A stretch of DNA of 64,000 nt from Alphaproteobacteria bacterium (GTDB lineage Bacteria; Pseudomonadota; Alphaproteobacteria; JAQWUY01): the NCBI GenBank assembly GCA_029250225.1, contig JAQWUY010000031.1:87705-151704 (forward strand). The letters are read 5' to 3'. This document shows, one piece after another, positions 52,183 through 63,948 of this stretch (the stretch's first letter is position 1; every line of letters starts with the position of its first letter). A program made the position numbers and the translations under genes. Under the pieces are notes generated by a model, which saw only the letters and a program-made list of their open reading frames with translations, had not been told where the DNA came from and made no database searches.

Positions 52183-53055
52183 TTAAATAATTTTCTTTTG
52201 TTTTTTAATTTTGCCCAATCCTTTTTCTGCAAAATCACAAACTTCATTAACCCAGTCTTTTGTATCATATAATTCCATATGACGGCGATCTTTAAATGTA
52301 ATGTGCTTCTTGGGTGTGTTCGCAACTTCATATAATTCAACACTGTGATTAAATGGTGTTACCGCATCCTTTTGCGCACCGCCAATCAAAACTGGTATAT
52401 TTACTTTTTTAAGGTTTTTTGCATTATCAAATTCATAACCAACAAATATTTTTATTACAGGAAAAATATAATAAAAAAATCCTATTATTTTTTTTGCACC
52501 GATTACAAACATTCTGTACATATTATAAAATGGAACTTCCATAACTAATCCACGACACTTATCATTTGATGATGCTATTTTCGATGCTACCGCACAACCG
52601 AAACTTTCCCCATATAACACAATATCTTTTTTCTTAATTCTTAATTCAGAAACAACCCAATTTAAAATATGATGCCCGTCAGAAATTATAATTTTTTCAA
52701 CAGGTTTTTTATTTTTAGAACCATTATAAAAATAACTTGAAGCAACAACACCATAGCCCTTTTTAATATATTCATTATATCGTGAACTTCGCCAACCTAA
52801 TGAATCAGAACGACCGTGAAAATAAACTATTGTTGGTTTTCCAGCCTTAGGCTTTTTATACCAAAGTAAAACATCCGCGTCATAACTAGAAGAAGTTAAA
52901 AACTTATAATTCATATCTATACCGAAATTACTAGGAATATCATTACTGTGATAAAAGTTAAATGCGTGCTTATAGCCAAATAAATACATATAAATGTTAA
53001 GAATTAACCAAATAAATAATACTGTAAAAACTATATATAATATATATTCCATCAT
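52183..53055 (-). CDS. Alpha/beta-hydrolase fold protein (serine hydrolase, GESFG nucleophile elbow) with N-terminal TM anchor
   Basis: The 290-aa product has a GxSxG motif (GESFG) and one N-terminal TM helix. Its specific function is unknown. Confidence 0.6.
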   Translation of the reverse strand: MMEYILYIVFTVLFIWLILNIYMYLFGYKHAFNFYHSNDIPSNFGIDMNYKFLTSSSYDADVLLWYKKPKAGKPTIVYFHGRSDSLGWRSSRYNEYIKKGYGVVASSYFYNGSKNKKPVEKIIISDGHHILNWVVSELRIKKKDIVLYGESFGCAVASKIASSNDKCRGLVMEVPFYNMYRMFVIGAKKIIGFFYYIFPVIKIFVGYEFDNAKNLKKVNIPVLIGGAQKDAVTPFNHSVELYEVANTPKKHITFKDRRHMELYDTKDWVNEVCDFAEKGLGKIKKQKKII

Positions 53056-53058
53056 ACT

Positions 53059-55290
53059 TTAATCAAATTTATTATTTCGCGGGAAACCAACAGGAGGCAT
53101 TTTACCAACAGACGCCCTTTTCCCGATCCAAGTTGTAATATCTTCTTCTTTACGAATTCTATTTTTACCAGATGCCCAAGATAAACCATCTTGTGAATTA
53201 AATACTTTTAAATCAACTAGTTTTGCATCACGGTATTTTTGCAACTGAACACCTCGTCCCCTAGACATTTCAGGCAATTCATCAATTCCAAAAATTAATA
53301 ATTTGCGATTCGTACCCACAACAGCAATCTTATCACCATCAGCAGGTTTCATAATGTATGCTTTAACATTGCCCGAAACGGATAATATTTGTTTACCATT
53401 TTTTGTTTGTGCAACAATGTTATTTTCATTTATGATAAAACCACGCCCATCAGTTGAAGCAACAATTAATTTTCCTTCTTCTCTGAATATTCGCATATTG
53501 ATAATGGATTCACTACCATAATCAATTAATAAGTTTAATGGTTCACCGTTACCGCGACCACTTGGTAATTTATCACAACCCAATGTATATACTTTACCCG
53601 AAGATGACATAACTAGTAATTTATCTGTTGTTTGTGCCTTTAAAACAAAACCTTCTTTATCACCTTCTTTATACTTTATTTCAGTTTTATCAGATACATG
53701 CCCTTTTAATCCACGAACCCAACCATTTTTTGAACAAACTATTGTAATAGGTTCTTTTTCAATCATAGATTCAAGTGGAATGTCAATATCTACTGGATTT
53801 TCATCAATTATTGTACGACGATTACCAATTTCATTTTTATCACCGTATTCTTTTTTTGTTTGTTTAATTTCATCAGATATAAAATTCCAACGACTATCTT
53901 TATTATTAAGTAATAATTTTAAATTTGCTAATTCTTCACTAAGTCTTTTATGTTCTTCTTTTATTTCAAATTCTTCTAATTTTCTTAATGAGCGAAGTCG
54001 CATATTTAAAATAGCATCCGCCTGAATATCTGTTAATTTAAATTTAGACATTAACATATTCTTGGAATCATCGTGCTCACGAATAATATGAATAACTTTG
54101 TCTAAATTAATATATGCAATAAGATAACCTTCTAGTATTTCAAGGCGTTTTTCAATTTGCACCTTACGATAATTAGTTTTTCGCACTAATATTTCGTGAC
54201 GATGATCTAGGTATTCTTGTAAAACCTCACGAATATTTAATACTTTTGGCACAGTGCCTTTTTCAGAAAGAACATTCATATTCAATGAAAATCTTGTTTC
54301 AAGATCAGTACTTCTAAATAATGCCATCATTAATGTTTCAGGATTAACATTACGATTCTTAGGTTCTAGTACTATGCGAATATCTTCGGCACTTTCATCT
54401 ATTACATCAGATAAAAATGGTATTTTACGAATTTCTATTATTTCAGCTATTTTTTCAATTAACTTTGATTTTTGTACTTGATAAGGAATTTCAGTTATTA
54501 CAATTTGCCATAATCCGTTTCCTAATTCTTCTTTTTCCCACTTGGCACGAACACGCATTGAACCACGCCCCGAAGAATAAGCTTGAACGATAGTTTTTTT
54601 GTCTTCGCTTAAAACACCCCCAGTTGGAAAATCAGGGCCAGAAATAAATTCCATAATTTTTTCAAACCCAGCATTTGGATGTTTGATTAAGTGTAATAAC
54701 CCATCACACAATTCACCAACATTATGCGGTGGAATATTAGTTGCCATACCAACAGCAATACCAGAAGAGCCATTAGCAAGTAAATTAGGAACATAAGAAG
54801 GCAATATTACAGGTTCTGCACCTTCACCATCATAAGTTTCACGAAAATCAACGGTATCTTGGTCAATGTTTCTTAGCATTTGACTAGCAAAATGCGTAAG
54901 GCGAGCCTCTGTATAACGCATTGCGGCGGCGTTATCACCATCAATATTACCGAAATTACCTTGTCCATCAACTAATGGGTAACGAACTGAAAATTCTTGA
55001 CTTAAACGAACCATAGCTTCGTAAATTGAGCTATCACCGTGGGGGTGATATTTACCTATTACATCCCCAACAATACGAGAACATTTTTTAAAACCATGTT
55101 CAGGATTAAGCTTTAATTCCAACATTGCATATAAAATTCGACGATGCACTGGCTTTAAACCATCGCGCACATCAGGAAGTGAACGAGAAGTAATAGTTGA
55201 CAAGGCATAAGACAAATAACGCTCTGACAGAGCTTCTTTTAGGGGTAATTCGTGCAATACTTTTGCATATTCTTTGGATATCTTGTTCAT
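53059..55290 (-). CDS. parC: DNA topoisomerase IV subunit A
   Basis: The 743-aa product has a GyrA/ParC N-terminal breakage-reunion domain ([14 protein letters not shown], active-site Tyr in AAMRYTE). Its length fits ParC rather than GyrA. Confidence 0.8.
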   Translation of the reverse strand: MNKISKEYAKVLHELPLKEALSERYLSYALSTITSRSLPDVRDGLKPVHRRILYAMLELKLNPEHGFKKCSRIVGDVIGKYHPHGDSSIYEAMVRLSQEFSVRYPLVDGQGNFGNIDGDNAAAMRYTEARLTHFASQMLRNIDQDTVDFRETYDGEGAEPVILPSYVPNLLANGSSGIAVGMATNIPPHNVGELCDGLLHLIKHPNAGFEKIMEFISGPDFPTGGVLSEDKKTIVQAYSSGRGSMRVRAKWEKEELGNGLWQIVITEIPYQVQKSKLIEKIAEIIEIRKIPFLSDVIDESAEDIRIVLEPKNRNVNPETLMMALFRSTDLETRFSLNMNVLSEKGTVPKVLNIREVLQEYLDHRHEILVRKTNYRKVQIEKRLEILEGYLIAYINLDKVIHIIREHDDSKNMLMSKFKLTDIQADAILNMRLRSLRKLEEFEIKEEHKRLSEELANLKLLLNNKDSRWNFISDEIKQTKKEYGDKNEIGNRRTIIDENPVDIDIPLESMIEKEPITIVCSKNGWVRGLKGHVSDKTEIKYKEGDKEGFVLKAQTTDKLLVMSSSGKVYTLGCDKLPSGRGNGEPLNLLIDYGSESIINMRIFREEGKLIVASTDGRGFIINENNIVAQTKNGKQILSVSGNVKAYIMKPADGDKIAVVGTNRKLLIFGIDELPEMSRGRGVQLQKYRDAKLVDLKVFNSQDGLSWASGKNRIRKEEDITTWIGKRASVGKMPPVGFPRNNKFD

Positions 55291-55360
55291 ATTATTTAAT
55301 ATACTTATTATAGTAAAAAAAACAAGATATAAATTATATTAAAATATTGTATTTTATAAA

Positions 55361-56095
55361 TTATGCATTTTTATCGAACCGATTAAAAAACCAATCAGAT
55401 AGTCTTTTCCTTGGTTCAGTCATATTTTCTTTGTTATAATCAGAAATTACACTTTTAAGAAAGAAATCTGACATTTTCATTGCCTCATAATATTCAAGGC
55501 ATTTATTTTCCAACAATGAATTATCAACTAAAAATTTAGGTAAAGGTAACAATTTTGCTTTATACAACTGTCCCATTTCACGGCTTACGGCTCTGCCTGA
55601 TTTAGGTGAAACATAACATAAGTCATTACTGCCCCCACCGGCACAACTAGAAAAATCTAGGGCTATACCCATTTCAGCTAGTATTGATATTTCCCATTTA
55701 CAATATGAACTAGCCCAATAATCACTGTTTAGCGTTGTAAAAAAACTTTCTAGAACTGAAAAAACAGTGTCGTGATTTTGTCCATACATTAAACTAGCAT
55801 CAACAATACTAATTGCACTTTTAAAGGCAAGTAACTTACCAGAATGATTTAAAACTTGTGAACTATTATTTTTTATTGGTTCAATCTTAAAATATCCAAG
55901 ATGTTCTTCACTTTTTGTTTTATATTCTGCTTGTACAGTAGAACCAATTTCTAAAAATGGGCGCATTCTTTTTGAAAATGCACCCTTAACACAACCATTT
56001 ATTTTACCGTGTTTTTCACTTAACAAACAACAAATAGCATCATATTCACCTAATTTACTTAATCTTAGAACAATGCCTTTGTCTTTCCAATTCAT
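55361..56095 (-). CDS. recO: DNA repair protein RecO
   Basis: The 244-aa product has an OB-fold N-terminus (WKDKGIVLRLSKLGEYD) and a Cys-containing central region. Confidence 0.8.
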   Translation of the reverse strand: MNWKDKGIVLRLSKLGEYDAICCLLSEKHGKINGCVKGAFSKRMRPFLEIGSTVQAEYKTKSEEHLGYFKIEPIKNNSSQVLNHSGKLLAFKSAISIVDASLMYGQNHDTVFSVLESFFTTLNSDYWASSYCKWEISILAEMGIALDFSSCAGGGSNDLCYVSPKSGRAVSREMGQLYKAKLLPLPKFLVDNSLLENKCLEYYEAMKMSDFFLKSVISDYNKENMTEPRKRLSDWFFNRFDKNA

Positions 56096-57777
56096 TATAC
56101 GGTGACCCTTGCTAAGTGTATTTTTACTTGTGATTTTTTACCTGTTTTCTTTTCGATATAACGACGAGTTGCAATACGGACATTTTCCTTTACAGTATTA
56201 TCACTAATCACCTCTTTGTCAGATAATTTCAAAATCGAATCTTCTATCGTCTCCGTTAACTTTTCTCGCTCATTATCACAAGCCATAGCAATGCCTTCAA
56301 GTGTGGTATTCGGACTAGCAAGTAATGAACCGTGGTCATCAAGCACAACACTAACAACAACCAATCCACCATATGATATTTTACGGCGTTGCCTTACAGC
56401 AGAACTATCAATAGCTGTTATTTTGTTTCCATCAAGAACCATTTCCCCAGTATATACTTGATCAATAATAAAACTTTCTTTTTTGTTAATTAGCAATACA
56501 TCACCGTTATTTAATATACATGTTTTTTTAATTCCAACATCTTTTGCAAGTTGGGCGTGTCTAGATAAATGCAGAGATTCACCGTGCATAGGTATACATA
56601 ATTGTGGTTTTAACATTTTATATAACTCGCGCATTTCTTCCCTAGCACCGTGACCAGAGGCGTGAACCATTGCATCTGACGGAGTAATTATATGAACACC
56701 TTTTTCAACCAACATATTTTGCACTGTTGCTATTGATATTTCGTTTCCAGGTATCGAACGAGCAGAAAATATAACATTATCATTTTTACCAAATTTTATG
56801 TGTCTATGATCACCTCTAGCAATTCTTGCAAGTCCAGCTCTTGATTCACCTTGCGAACCAGTACATATATACAATAAATCTTTTTTGTTACAATCAACAA
56901 CATCTTCTGGTTCATAAAATTCAGGTAAGTTTTGTAAATATCCATTATTCCTAGCACATTCAATAACTCTGAATAAACTTCTACCAACTAGTACAATTTT
57001 ACGATTACACTTTATACCGGCATCTATTATACTTGAAATCCTTGCAACATTAGAAGCAAAACAAGTAACAGCAACACCGCCACTAATAGCTTTAATAGTT
57101 TCGTAAATACCTTGTTTGATATCGCCTTCTGACTCAGAGCAGAATTTTGACATTACATTGGTAGAATCCCCTATTAATGCTAATAAACCTTCTTGTCCGA
57201 TTTCATTTAATCGATCCTTATTTACACAATGTCCAACAACTGGCTTCTCGTCTATTTTCCAATCACCTGTGTGAAAGATATTTCCAACACTAGTTTTAAT
57301 TAACAAAGCCTGTGGCTCTGGTATTGAATGAGTCATTTCAACGAACTCTAACTCAAAATCACCAACTTTAAACTTATCTCCTGTTTTTAATACATTTAGT
57401 TTTTTACTAGAAAAGCCACCATCTTTTAGCTTATGTTTAATCATATCAGAGGTAAATCCAGTCGCATAAATAGGACAATCCACTTTATCGTACATATAAG
57501 ATAATGCCCCTATATGATCTTCGTGAGCGTGAGTAATAACCATACCTAATATATCTTCTTTTCTTTCTTCTAGAAATTTAGGATCAGCAAATGTAATGTC
57601 AATCCCTGGAATATTATCGCCAGCAAATCCAATGCCATAATCAACGATTAGCCATTTACCGCGGTGTCCATAAACATACATATTAGAACCAATGGAGCCA
57701 ATACCGCCTAGTGATAAAAATAAAACTTCATCATCACCTGGAATCCCAGTATTTTCATAGTTTTTAATTTTATTCAT
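56095..57777 (-). CDS. rnj: Ribonuclease J (metallo-beta-lactamase/beta-CASP)
   Basis: The 560-aa product has THAHEDHIG, a beta-CASP region and an RNase J-like C-terminal domain. Confidence 0.85.
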   Translation of the reverse strand: MNKIKNYENTGIPGDDEVLFLSLGGIGSIGSNMYVYGHRGKWLIVDYGIGFAGDNIPGIDITFADPKFLEERKEDILGMVITHAHEDHIGALSYMYDKVDCPIYATGFTSDMIKHKLKDGGFSSKKLNVLKTGDKFKVGDFELEFVEMTHSIPEPQALLIKTSVGNIFHTGDWKIDEKPVVGHCVNKDRLNEIGQEGLLALIGDSTNVMSKFCSESEGDIKQGIYETIKAISGGVAVTCFASNVARISSIIDAGIKCNRKIVLVGRSLFRVIECARNNGYLQNLPEFYEPEDVVDCNKKDLLYICTGSQGESRAGLARIARGDHRHIKFGKNDNVIFSARSIPGNEISIATVQNMLVEKGVHIITPSDAMVHASGHGAREEMRELYKMLKPQLCIPMHGESLHLSRHAQLAKDVGIKKTCILNNGDVLLINKKESFIIDQVYTGEMVLDGNKITAIDSSAVRQRRKISYGGLVVVSVVLDDHGSLLASPNTTLEGIAMACDNEREKLTETIEDSILKLSDKEVISDNTVKENVRIATRRYIEKKTGKKSQVKIHLARVTV

Positions 57778-58532
57778 TATATTTTTTTATTCCTTTCAAA
57801 TAAAATGTATAAACCGTCGAGAGCAAGATTTTTTTCGACATAACTTATTTTTTTTGTATATTTTGAATACAATTGTGCTAAGCCACCAGTTGCAATTACA
57901 GTAAATTCAAAGTCAAATTCGGATTCGATTTGATTAATCATACCATTAATCATATTTAAATACCCCCAAAAAATACCAGATTGCATACATTCAACAGTAT
58001 TACCACATATTACTTTGCTAGTTGGTTCTATTTTTATATCAGGTAAAGCAGAAGCTTTTGCAACTAGCGATTCCAAAGACAAATTAACACCAGGAGCAAT
58101 TGAAGTTCCACAAAACACATTATTTTTTGTAAATACATCAAATGTTGTTGCTGTACCAAAATCAATAATTAATAAATTATCATTGTATTTTTTAATACCA
58201 CCAATTCCATTTAAAACAATATCTGCCCCAACTTCTTTGGCATTAACCTTTGAAGTATCCATTATGATATCTTCAACTTCATTATAAAAAACAACGGGAA
58301 TATTAGAATATTTATTTTTTAATTCCTGCAATATATTAGTAATATTACTAACAACGGAACCGACACATATTCCTTGTATATTAGAAATTTTATTATCATC
58401 GAAAGATAATAATAATTTATCATAAGAAAGATTGTTACTATTAATACGCCAAGATTTAACACAGGCGCCATTTTCGTAAGCACCGATAGTTAAGTTGGTA
58501 TTACCAACATCAATACAAATAATCAAAACCAA
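57777..58532 (-). CDS. coaX: Type III pantothenate kinase
   Basis: The 251-aa product starts ICIDVGNTNLTIG and ends GGLA, the CoaX signatures. Confidence 0.85.
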   Translation of the reverse strand: MVLIICIDVGNTNLTIGAYENGACVKSWRINSNNLSYDKLLLSFDDNKISNIQGICVGSVVSNITNILQELKNKYSNIPVVFYNEVEDIIMDTSKVNAKEVGADIVLNGIGGIKKYNDNLLIIDFGTATTFDVFTKNNVFCGTSIAPGVNLSLESLVAKASALPDIKIEPTSKVICGNTVECMQSGIFWGYLNMINGMINQIESEFDFEFTVIATGGLAQLYSKYTKKISYVEKNLALDGLYILFERNKKI

Positions 58533-59275
58533 ACCTCACCAGCATTAATAGTTTTTTCACCTTTATCTGTCAACAATATTATACCTCCATAGTTATCGAC
58601 ATCAACAAATCTACCTATTATTTTATTATTATGTTGATTAATTGTTATTATTTCCCCGATTCCAATAGCACGACTTTTCCAAATATCTAATATAGAGTCA
58701 AATCCTTGTTTTTGCCAAGAATTATACCATTCATTAAATCTTGCTATTATTAAATCTACAACCTCTTGTTTATCCACATTAACCCCTAAATCCATTAATG
58801 AACAAGTCTTGTATTCTGAAAGTTGTGGAGATTGCTTAATATTAAAACCAATACCAATAGATAGTTGATTATCGTTTAACTCAATTAAACAACCACATAT
58901 TTTTGACTTGTTAACCAAGATATCATTAGGCCATTTTACTTTAACACTATGCTTTTCACTTATTAAATTACTAACAACATCACTTATTACCAATGCCATA
59001 ACAAAAGATAATTGCGAATATTTACTTGAATCACCATTAGTTGGGATAACTATATTCATAAATAAATTGCCGTCAAAACACTGCCAAACCCTGCCCTGAC
59101 GACCACGACCTTTATTTTGCTTGTTCGCTATTACAACAAAAGGATATTTAATAGATTTAAAAAAATCTTGCTTTACGATATCAGCACTACTAGATAATTC
59201 ATCATAATGATAAATATCAAATCCATTATTGTTATATATGGGAACAATAGTTTTATTATAATTCATTTTAACCAA
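58523..59275 (-). CDS. birA: Biotin--[acetyl-CoA-carboxylase] ligase (class I, no HTH)
   Basis: The 250-aa product has GRGRQGRVW and KWPNDIL motifs. Confidence 0.8.
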   Translation of the reverse strand: MVKMNYNKTIVPIYNNNGFDIYHYDELSSSADIVKQDFFKSIKYPFVVIANKQNKGRGRQGRVWQCFDGNLFMNIVIPTNGDSSKYSQLSFVMALVISDVVSNLISEKHSVKVKWPNDILVNKSKICGCLIELNDNQLSIGIGFNIKQSPQLSEYKTCSLMDLGVNVDKQEVVDLIIARFNEWYNSWQKQGFDSILDIWKSRAIGIGEIITINQHNNKIIGRFVDVDNYGGIILLTDKGEKTINAGEVWF

Positions 59276-60746
59276 TACTATTAGACATCTTTATAATTAA
59301 ATCAACTAGACCAAGCGAAAAGAACAAGAAAAATACAGAGATTAAGAAAGCAAAACGACTAACCATTCTAACACCGTATTCAGGTTTATTTGAAAATAAA
59401 TATGATATTATTACATCATTTTCATTATTTTTAGATGGTGTGTACATTTCTCTTAACAACCTCAAAGACCAGATACATTGGAATATACCTATAATAATTA
59501 AAATTATCAATAAATAAGAAAACTCCCACCTTAATATAGCGCCCATAATAGACATTTTACCAATAAATATAATAAAAGGCGGTATTCCTGAATATGACAG
59601 TGCAGACAATCCGTAAACTATGGAATACATTCCGTTTATACTACCTATATTTTTAAGTTGAGATATATCTCGCAACTCTTTGTTATCTATATATAAATTA
59701 TGGCCATAACCAACGAAAGATACATATGAAACAACATAACCTATTAAATAAATTAACATTGCCGGTATACTGTTATTTGTTGGTATGCCCAATGATAAAA
59801 ATAAAAATCCAATATGTGATATTGAACAATAGCTAATTATTTTTCCAATTTCTGTTTCTAGCAGTGTACCAAGAGTACCAATAACAATTGAGCAAACACC
59901 TATCAATAACACAAATTCTTTCCACATATGTGACATACTAGGAAAAGCAACGACTAACAATCTAGAAAGTGCCATAATCACAGCAAAAACTACAACTATT
60001 CGCACAAACATTACAACACATTGAGGTATAGAACCTAACCTTATCATTAAGGATGTAAATGGAAATGCACCGCAAATAGACATAATAGATAAAACAATAG
60101 TAACGATCCCTACTAATAACGCTGGGTAAGAAGAAGTATTTAGTGAAACCCAATCAGCAAGGTCATTATAAAATAGATTGCCTGTAATTGAATAAATATA
60201 TGCAATTCCGAACAATAATAATACAAAGCTTAATAATTGCATAAATATAAATATTCCATAAACACGGTAATAGCTGTTATATCCAATAGCAAATAGTAAA
60301 ACCATAAATGATGTACAAATACTTATCATAGAAAATCCAAGTAATAAGTAAATCAGACTATATGAACTAATAACTATAAAGCAACCAACTGTTGCTATCA
60401 TTGCGAGCGGATAATAAAGAAATCTTGATAAATCCTTATTATCTTCGTTGTTATTATTAAATAATATACTGGTTAATGATAATAAAAGTATAAATATCTT
60501 ACCCGCATACGAATACAAATCAACTACATACGCACCATTTAAAAACATTTTAGTTGGCAAATTAGAATCAAAAAAGTAAATCATAATAAAAATTGGAATT
60601 AGATAAGACCAAACAACGAATTTTCTTATTCTAAAAATGAACTTATCAGAACTATAACTAATAAAAGCATAAACAGAAATAAATAAAGATGATAAAATCA
60701 AACAAATATCACCGAATATATATTTACTATTTAAAATAAAATCCAT
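59268..60746 (-). CDS. nuoN: NADH-quinone oxidoreductase subunit N
   Basis: The 492-aa product is a polytopic antiporter-like protein, third in the L-M-N run. Confidence 0.85.
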   Translation of the reverse strand: MDFILNSKYIFGDICLILSSLFISVYAFISYSSDKFIFRIRKFVVWSYLIPIFIMIYFFDSNLPTKMFLNGAYVVDLYSYAGKIFILLLSLTSILFNNNNEDNKDLSRFLYYPLAMIATVGCFIVISSYSLIYLLLGFSMISICTSFMVLLFAIGYNSYYRVYGIFIFMQLLSFVLLLFGIAYIYSITGNLFYNDLADWVSLNTSSYPALLVGIVTIVLSIMSICGAFPFTSLMIRLGSIPQCVVMFVRIVVVFAVIMALSRLLVVAFPSMSHMWKEFVLLIGVCSIVIGTLGTLLETEIGKIISYCSISHIGFLFLSLGIPTNNSIPAMLIYLIGYVVSYVSFVGYGHNLYIDNKELRDISQLKNIGSINGMYSIVYGLSALSYSGIPPFIIFIGKMSIMGAILRWEFSYLLIILIIIGIFQCIWSLRLLREMYTPSKNNENDVIISYLFSNKPEYGVRMVSRFAFLISVFFLFFSLGLVDLIIKMSNSIG

Positions 60747-60747
60747 T

Positions 60748-62223
60748 TTAAGCCCCTACTTCCTTAAATACAGATACTAATGGCAATATTATATTTTCTA
60801 TTGGATTAATTATAGTATTAGGAATTATGCCGATTAAGATAACAAACAAACAAATAAATACAATAAATAATATAGATTGAATATTTAAGGTATATTGCTC
60901 AGAATTATCCTTTTTTGACCAAAACACTTTACTATGCATTCTCATAACTATGTATGAAACAACAACTAACAATAAAATTATGTATAATCCATAAACAAAA
61001 GAGTGCTCAAATGTAGATGTCATTAATAACATTAAACTAACAAATCCAGTTGTAAAGGGTATACCTATAATACTAGATAAGGTGAATAAGTGAAAATATG
61101 ATAAAATAGGCATTTTATAATAATATCCATGTAATTTATCTAAATATAATTCATCTTCTTTTGTTTCAATTATTATATAAACCACAAGTAATGAAACTAT
61201 AAATATAGAACTTGTTAAACTGTAAAATATACCAGATATCAATGACTTAGAGCTTATGATGAATAAACTAAATAAAGATATATTAACGCACACCATCGAT
61301 ATGCAACCTATTTTTTTAATTATATATTTCTCTTTCACAGATAGTAACAGCGCATAAAGGCTTGATATAATCGCGATAAATACAATGATTTTTGAATAAC
61401 CATAAGATATATAAGGAAACAGTGAAATATTTATTTTAAATATAGCATATATACCAAGCTTTGATAAAATAGAGGAAACAAACATTATTACTAAAATATT
61501 TGAACTTTTTAATATATTCAAATACCAACTTTGGAAAGGTAATATTGGTAAACGAATTGCAAAACCAATAAATAATAGCCACCAAATTAATTTAGTATTA
61601 CTATTTACAAACTTCAAGGTTGATAATTCCGGAAGGTAGCCTGTACCAGTCCTAAATACTATTATCAGAATAGCCGGCAAGATAATCATTGCACTAAACA
61701 TTGAAACCAGTGCATATTTAAATGCATTTTCTTTCTCTTGCTGATCTGCTTTTAATCCAATAATCATAAATAAAGGTATTAATGTGGCTTCAAAAAACAG
61801 GAAGAATAGCATAAGATTCTGTGATGCAAATGCACCTATTGTAGTCCCTTCTAGCAATAGTAAGAAAATGTAGAAAAACTTAGATTTATCACTTTCATAA
61901 TAAAAGTTAAATATAGTAATTACAAAACAAATAAACGCTGTCAATACAATGAATAATATATTTATATTATCAACCCCAACAACATAATTTATAAAGAAGT
62001 TTGGTAAGATATCTATTCTTTCTTCCATCTGAACACTTGTTGTTTCGGGATTTACTTTAAAGAACAACAATAGTGAAAATAAAAATGTAATAAATGTAGT
62101 AAATAATGATGTATGCTTAGAATTTCTCTCGATTATTGATTTATCACCACCAACCATAGTCATAGCTAGGCCACCCAGTATAGGAGAAAATATTACCAAA
62201 GATACGAAAGGCCATATATACAT
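60748..62223 (-). CDS. nuoM: NADH-quinone oxidoreductase subunit M
   Basis: The 491-aa product is a polytopic antiporter-like protein. Confidence 0.85.
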   Translation of the reverse strand: MYIWPFVSLVIFSPILGGLAMTMVGGDKSIIERNSKHTSLFTTFITFLFSLLLFFKVNPETTSVQMEERIDILPNFFINYVVGVDNINILFIVLTAFICFVITIFNFYYESDKSKFFYIFLLLLEGTTIGAFASQNLMLFFLFFEATLIPLFMIIGLKADQQEKENAFKYALVSMFSAMIILPAILIIVFRTGTGYLPELSTLKFVNSNTKLIWWLLFIGFAIRLPILPFQSWYLNILKSSNILVIMFVSSILSKLGIYAIFKINISLFPYISYGYSKIIVFIAIISSLYALLLSVKEKYIIKKIGCISMVCVNISLFSLFIISSKSLISGIFYSLTSSIFIVSLLVVYIIIETKEDELYLDKLHGYYYKMPILSYFHLFTLSSIIGIPFTTGFVSLMLLMTSTFEHSFVYGLYIILLLVVVSYIVMRMHSKVFWSKKDNSEQYTLNIQSILFIVFICLFVILIGIIPNTIINPIENIILPLVSVFKEVGA

Positions 62224-63948
62224 TTAATTAATTCCTATCGATAACAACATAATAATTATAGCAAAAATAAAAAATGACACTGTAACAGATAAAATAATAT
62301 TTAAGCTAAAAACAAAATTCAAACAAATTGTAATATAATTAGCAATTTTTAAACAAATATTTTTAATAAACAATGACAACTCAGGTTTCTCGTATAATTT
62401 TAAAAAATTACTAATTCTAACAAAAGGAGATGCGAATAATATATATACACTATCAAAAATATAAAAATTATTATTCATCAAAGTATTATCGGTTACAAGA
62501 CTTAAATATTTTTGCTTTTTAGTAGTATTCGCAAATCCTAATAACAATCCTAAAATATTAATTAATATTGAAAAAAACAATTCAAATCTTATAAAAGAAT
62601 CAGGGTCATTATCCTGAATATTTATATTGAAGAATATTTTTTGAGCAATCCAACCAGATGATACCAACATAATAGAGAAAAATATTAAACTAAATAATGC
62701 ATAACGACTTGTGCTATTCATATGGGCTTTTACTAATTCATCTTCGTGTTCATCACCATAAAAAACCAAACCCCATATTCGACCAAACACCATTGCTAAA
62801 GTAAATTTCGCAACAAGTGAAAATACAATTAACCACCATAATAATTCTTTGTTTTCAATTAAAACATTAGAAAACAACCAAGCTCTAGCAAAAAAACCAG
62901 AAAATGGTGGAATACATAAAATTGCCAATATAGTAATAAGAAACATAAAGAATACTTCTGGTATTGATTTGGCTAGACCACCCATTTTTGTCATATCACG
63001 CTCACTTGATAATGAATAACTTACAGAGCCGGCTATTAAAAACAATGCTACGACAGCTATAAATTGAACAATGCTGAATAACAGAGCATATTCAACAGCA
63101 GATATAGCAAAGCCGAATAAAACAAAGCTAGAAATGGTAGAATAAATATAACCTAACGAATTAAATATATTTTTTTTATTCATAGCAACCAAAGAAGAAA
63201 ATATCGCACTAATGATACTTATTAAAGCTATCATCAATCTTCCTTGTTGTGAAATGTCTATAATTGCCATTATATGGAACAATATATAACTAGTTGTTAT
63301 TAATAAAACACCAAACAACAAAGCATTTACACAAGATACATTTTTTGAAATACCATCGATCCAAAAATTAAATGGCATAATTGAGAATGAACAAAATAAA
63401 GAAATAATAAAGAAATATATCATTATATCATTAGAACCCAAACCCAATAAAATAGAATTTTGCTCTAAGCCTATACTTGATAAAATATTACCAAGCTCAA
63501 TACTAGCAATAAACAAAATAACACTTGAAAAATTAAGTGTGAAAAATACCAGAGAATTGTTTTTTAATTCTTTATTATTATTACAATCCAACCCACTTAA
63601 CACTAATAAAGAAAATATTATACCAAGCCAAGAAAATATTATTTGCCCAATATATGAGCTAGCTAATAATATTTGAACAAAAAATAGTAATAAGCATAAC
63701 AACCCAATTATTCTATTGAATTCTTTTTTTACCTTAAAGTCATTCAAAGAATAAGATACAACTAATATAAAGACAATATAAACTAGGGATGATATGTACG
63801 AAGAGATAGGAACCCATTCAACACCGAACTTAATATTAAAATCAACCATAGAGAGCCAATTAAACAAAATGTTATTGGATACATCAATAAAATCTAGTGA
63901 TATCCCAAAAGAAATAAAAGCCCCTAAACTTAATAGAATAATAGTCAT
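62224..63948 (-). CDS. nuoL: NADH-quinone oxidoreductase subunit L
   Basis: The 574-aa product is polytopic, with a long C-terminal region, and is first in the L-M-N run. The upstream gene continues beyond the window edge. Confidence 0.85.
   Translation of the reverse strand: MTIILLSLGAFISFGISLDFIDVSNNILFNWLSMVDFNIKFGVEWVPISSYISSLVYIVFILVVSYSLNDFKVKKEFNRIIGLLCLLLFFVQILLASSYIGQIIFSWLGIIFSLLVLSGLDCNNNKELKNNSLVFFTLNFSSVILFIASIELGNILSSIGLEQNSILLGLGSNDIMIYFFIISLFCSFSIMPFNFWIDGISKNVSCVNALLFGVLLITTSYILFHIMAIIDISQQGRLMIALISIISAIFSSLVAMNKKNIFNSLGYIYSTISSFVLFGFAISAVEYALLFSIVQFIAVVALFLIAGSVSYSLSSERDMTKMGGLAKSIPEVFFMFLITILAILCIPPFSGFFARAWLFSNVLIENKELLWWLIVFSLVAKFTLAMVFGRIWGLVFYGDEHEDELVKAHMNSTSRYALFSLIFFSIMLVSSGWIAQKIFFNINIQDNDPDSFIRFELFFSILINILGLLLGFANTTKKQKYLSLVTDNTLMNNNFYIFDSVYILFASPFVRISNFLKLYEKPELSLFIKNICLKIANYITICLNFVFSLNIILSVTVSFFIFAIIIMLLSIGIN

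Noticed and set aside
52152-52343. 63-aa ORF overlapping the 3' end of the alpha/beta hydrolase gene and the dnaE start region
   Set aside because: It lies in another frame within the hydrolase coding sequence and has no RBS. It is spurious.
58767-58776. Single DnaA-box-like TTATCCACA inside birA
   Set aside because: It is an isolated 9-mer within coding sequence, with no cluster or AT-rich DUE context. It is a chance occurrence.
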